Positions 48,870-48,934 of a DNA stretch of 48,934 nt are shown here, piece by piece. Location of the stretch: positions 1 to 48,934 of the forward strand of contig CAZTTQ010000003.1 of NCBI GenBank assembly GCA_964616135.1. The letters run 5' to 3'. The notes beneath the pieces are model-generated. The model worked only from the letters and a program-made list of their open reading frames with translations. It had not been told where the DNA came from and made no database searches. The first letter of the stretch is position 1. Each line of letters starts with the position of its first letter. The DNA is from an uncultured Gammaproteobacteria bacterium (GTDB taxonomy: Bacteria; Patescibacteriota; Patescibacteriia; UBA9934; GWF2-40-263). Made by a program: the position numbers and the translations under genes.

Positions 48870-48934
48870 ATGAGCGACCCAGTGACGCCAGTAACCAAAC
48901 AGTTCATCGAGATGCGTGGTTCGGTAGAAGAGCT
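48870..48934 (+). CDS. 5' end of an unidentified gene running off the window
   Basis: MSDPVTPVTKQFIEMRGSVEE..., open to the window edge. Only 21 codons are visible. Confidence 0.3.
   Translation, partial: MSDPVTPVTKQFIEMRGSVEE

Overview
This is a visibly GC-rich, very gene-dense 48.9-kb chromosomal segment. I call 48 protein-coding genes, plus 2 speculative ORFs at the AT-rich 3' edge. Intergenic spacers are short and carry recognisable promoters and hairpin terminators. I see no rRNA, tRNA, CRISPR array, transposase, integrase or reverse transcriptase by eye. The backbone is housekeeping: uvrA (5'-partial), folD, glyA, murC-murB-hpf, secA, secD-secF, uppP, mnmA, era, a YjjX-like NTPase, RumA- and TrmH-type RNA methyltransferases, a GT2, pduL, murJ and alaS. 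Accessory or unknown loci sit between these genes. (i) A 2085-aa modular surface protein contains a 5 x 213-bp in-frame tandem array and is translationally coupled to a PrsW-like intramembrane protease. (ii) A stand-alone operon directly after secDF encodes a single-pass membrane protein plus a soluble VirD4/TraD-like ATPase ending in a CxxC-x17-CxxC zinc ribbon; this is my best candidate for an undescribed system. (iii) SecD carries an inserted parvulin-type PPIase module. (iv) A ~35-45-bp palindromic repeat family occurs twice intergenically and twice in frame, inside murB and mnmA. (v) There is also a coupled DUF488 + unknown pair, a two-gene small-membrane-peptide operon, a cluster of nucleotide house-cleaning enzymes and several ORFans. 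A recurrent TTGAC(A/G)-N17-TAGGTT promoter precedes the accessory genes, whereas several housekeeping genes look (near-)leaderless. The short AlaRS, the CxxC-x17-CxxC ribbon, PduL and the giant surface protein suggest a reduced Patescibacteria/CPR-like lineage, but that is inference only.
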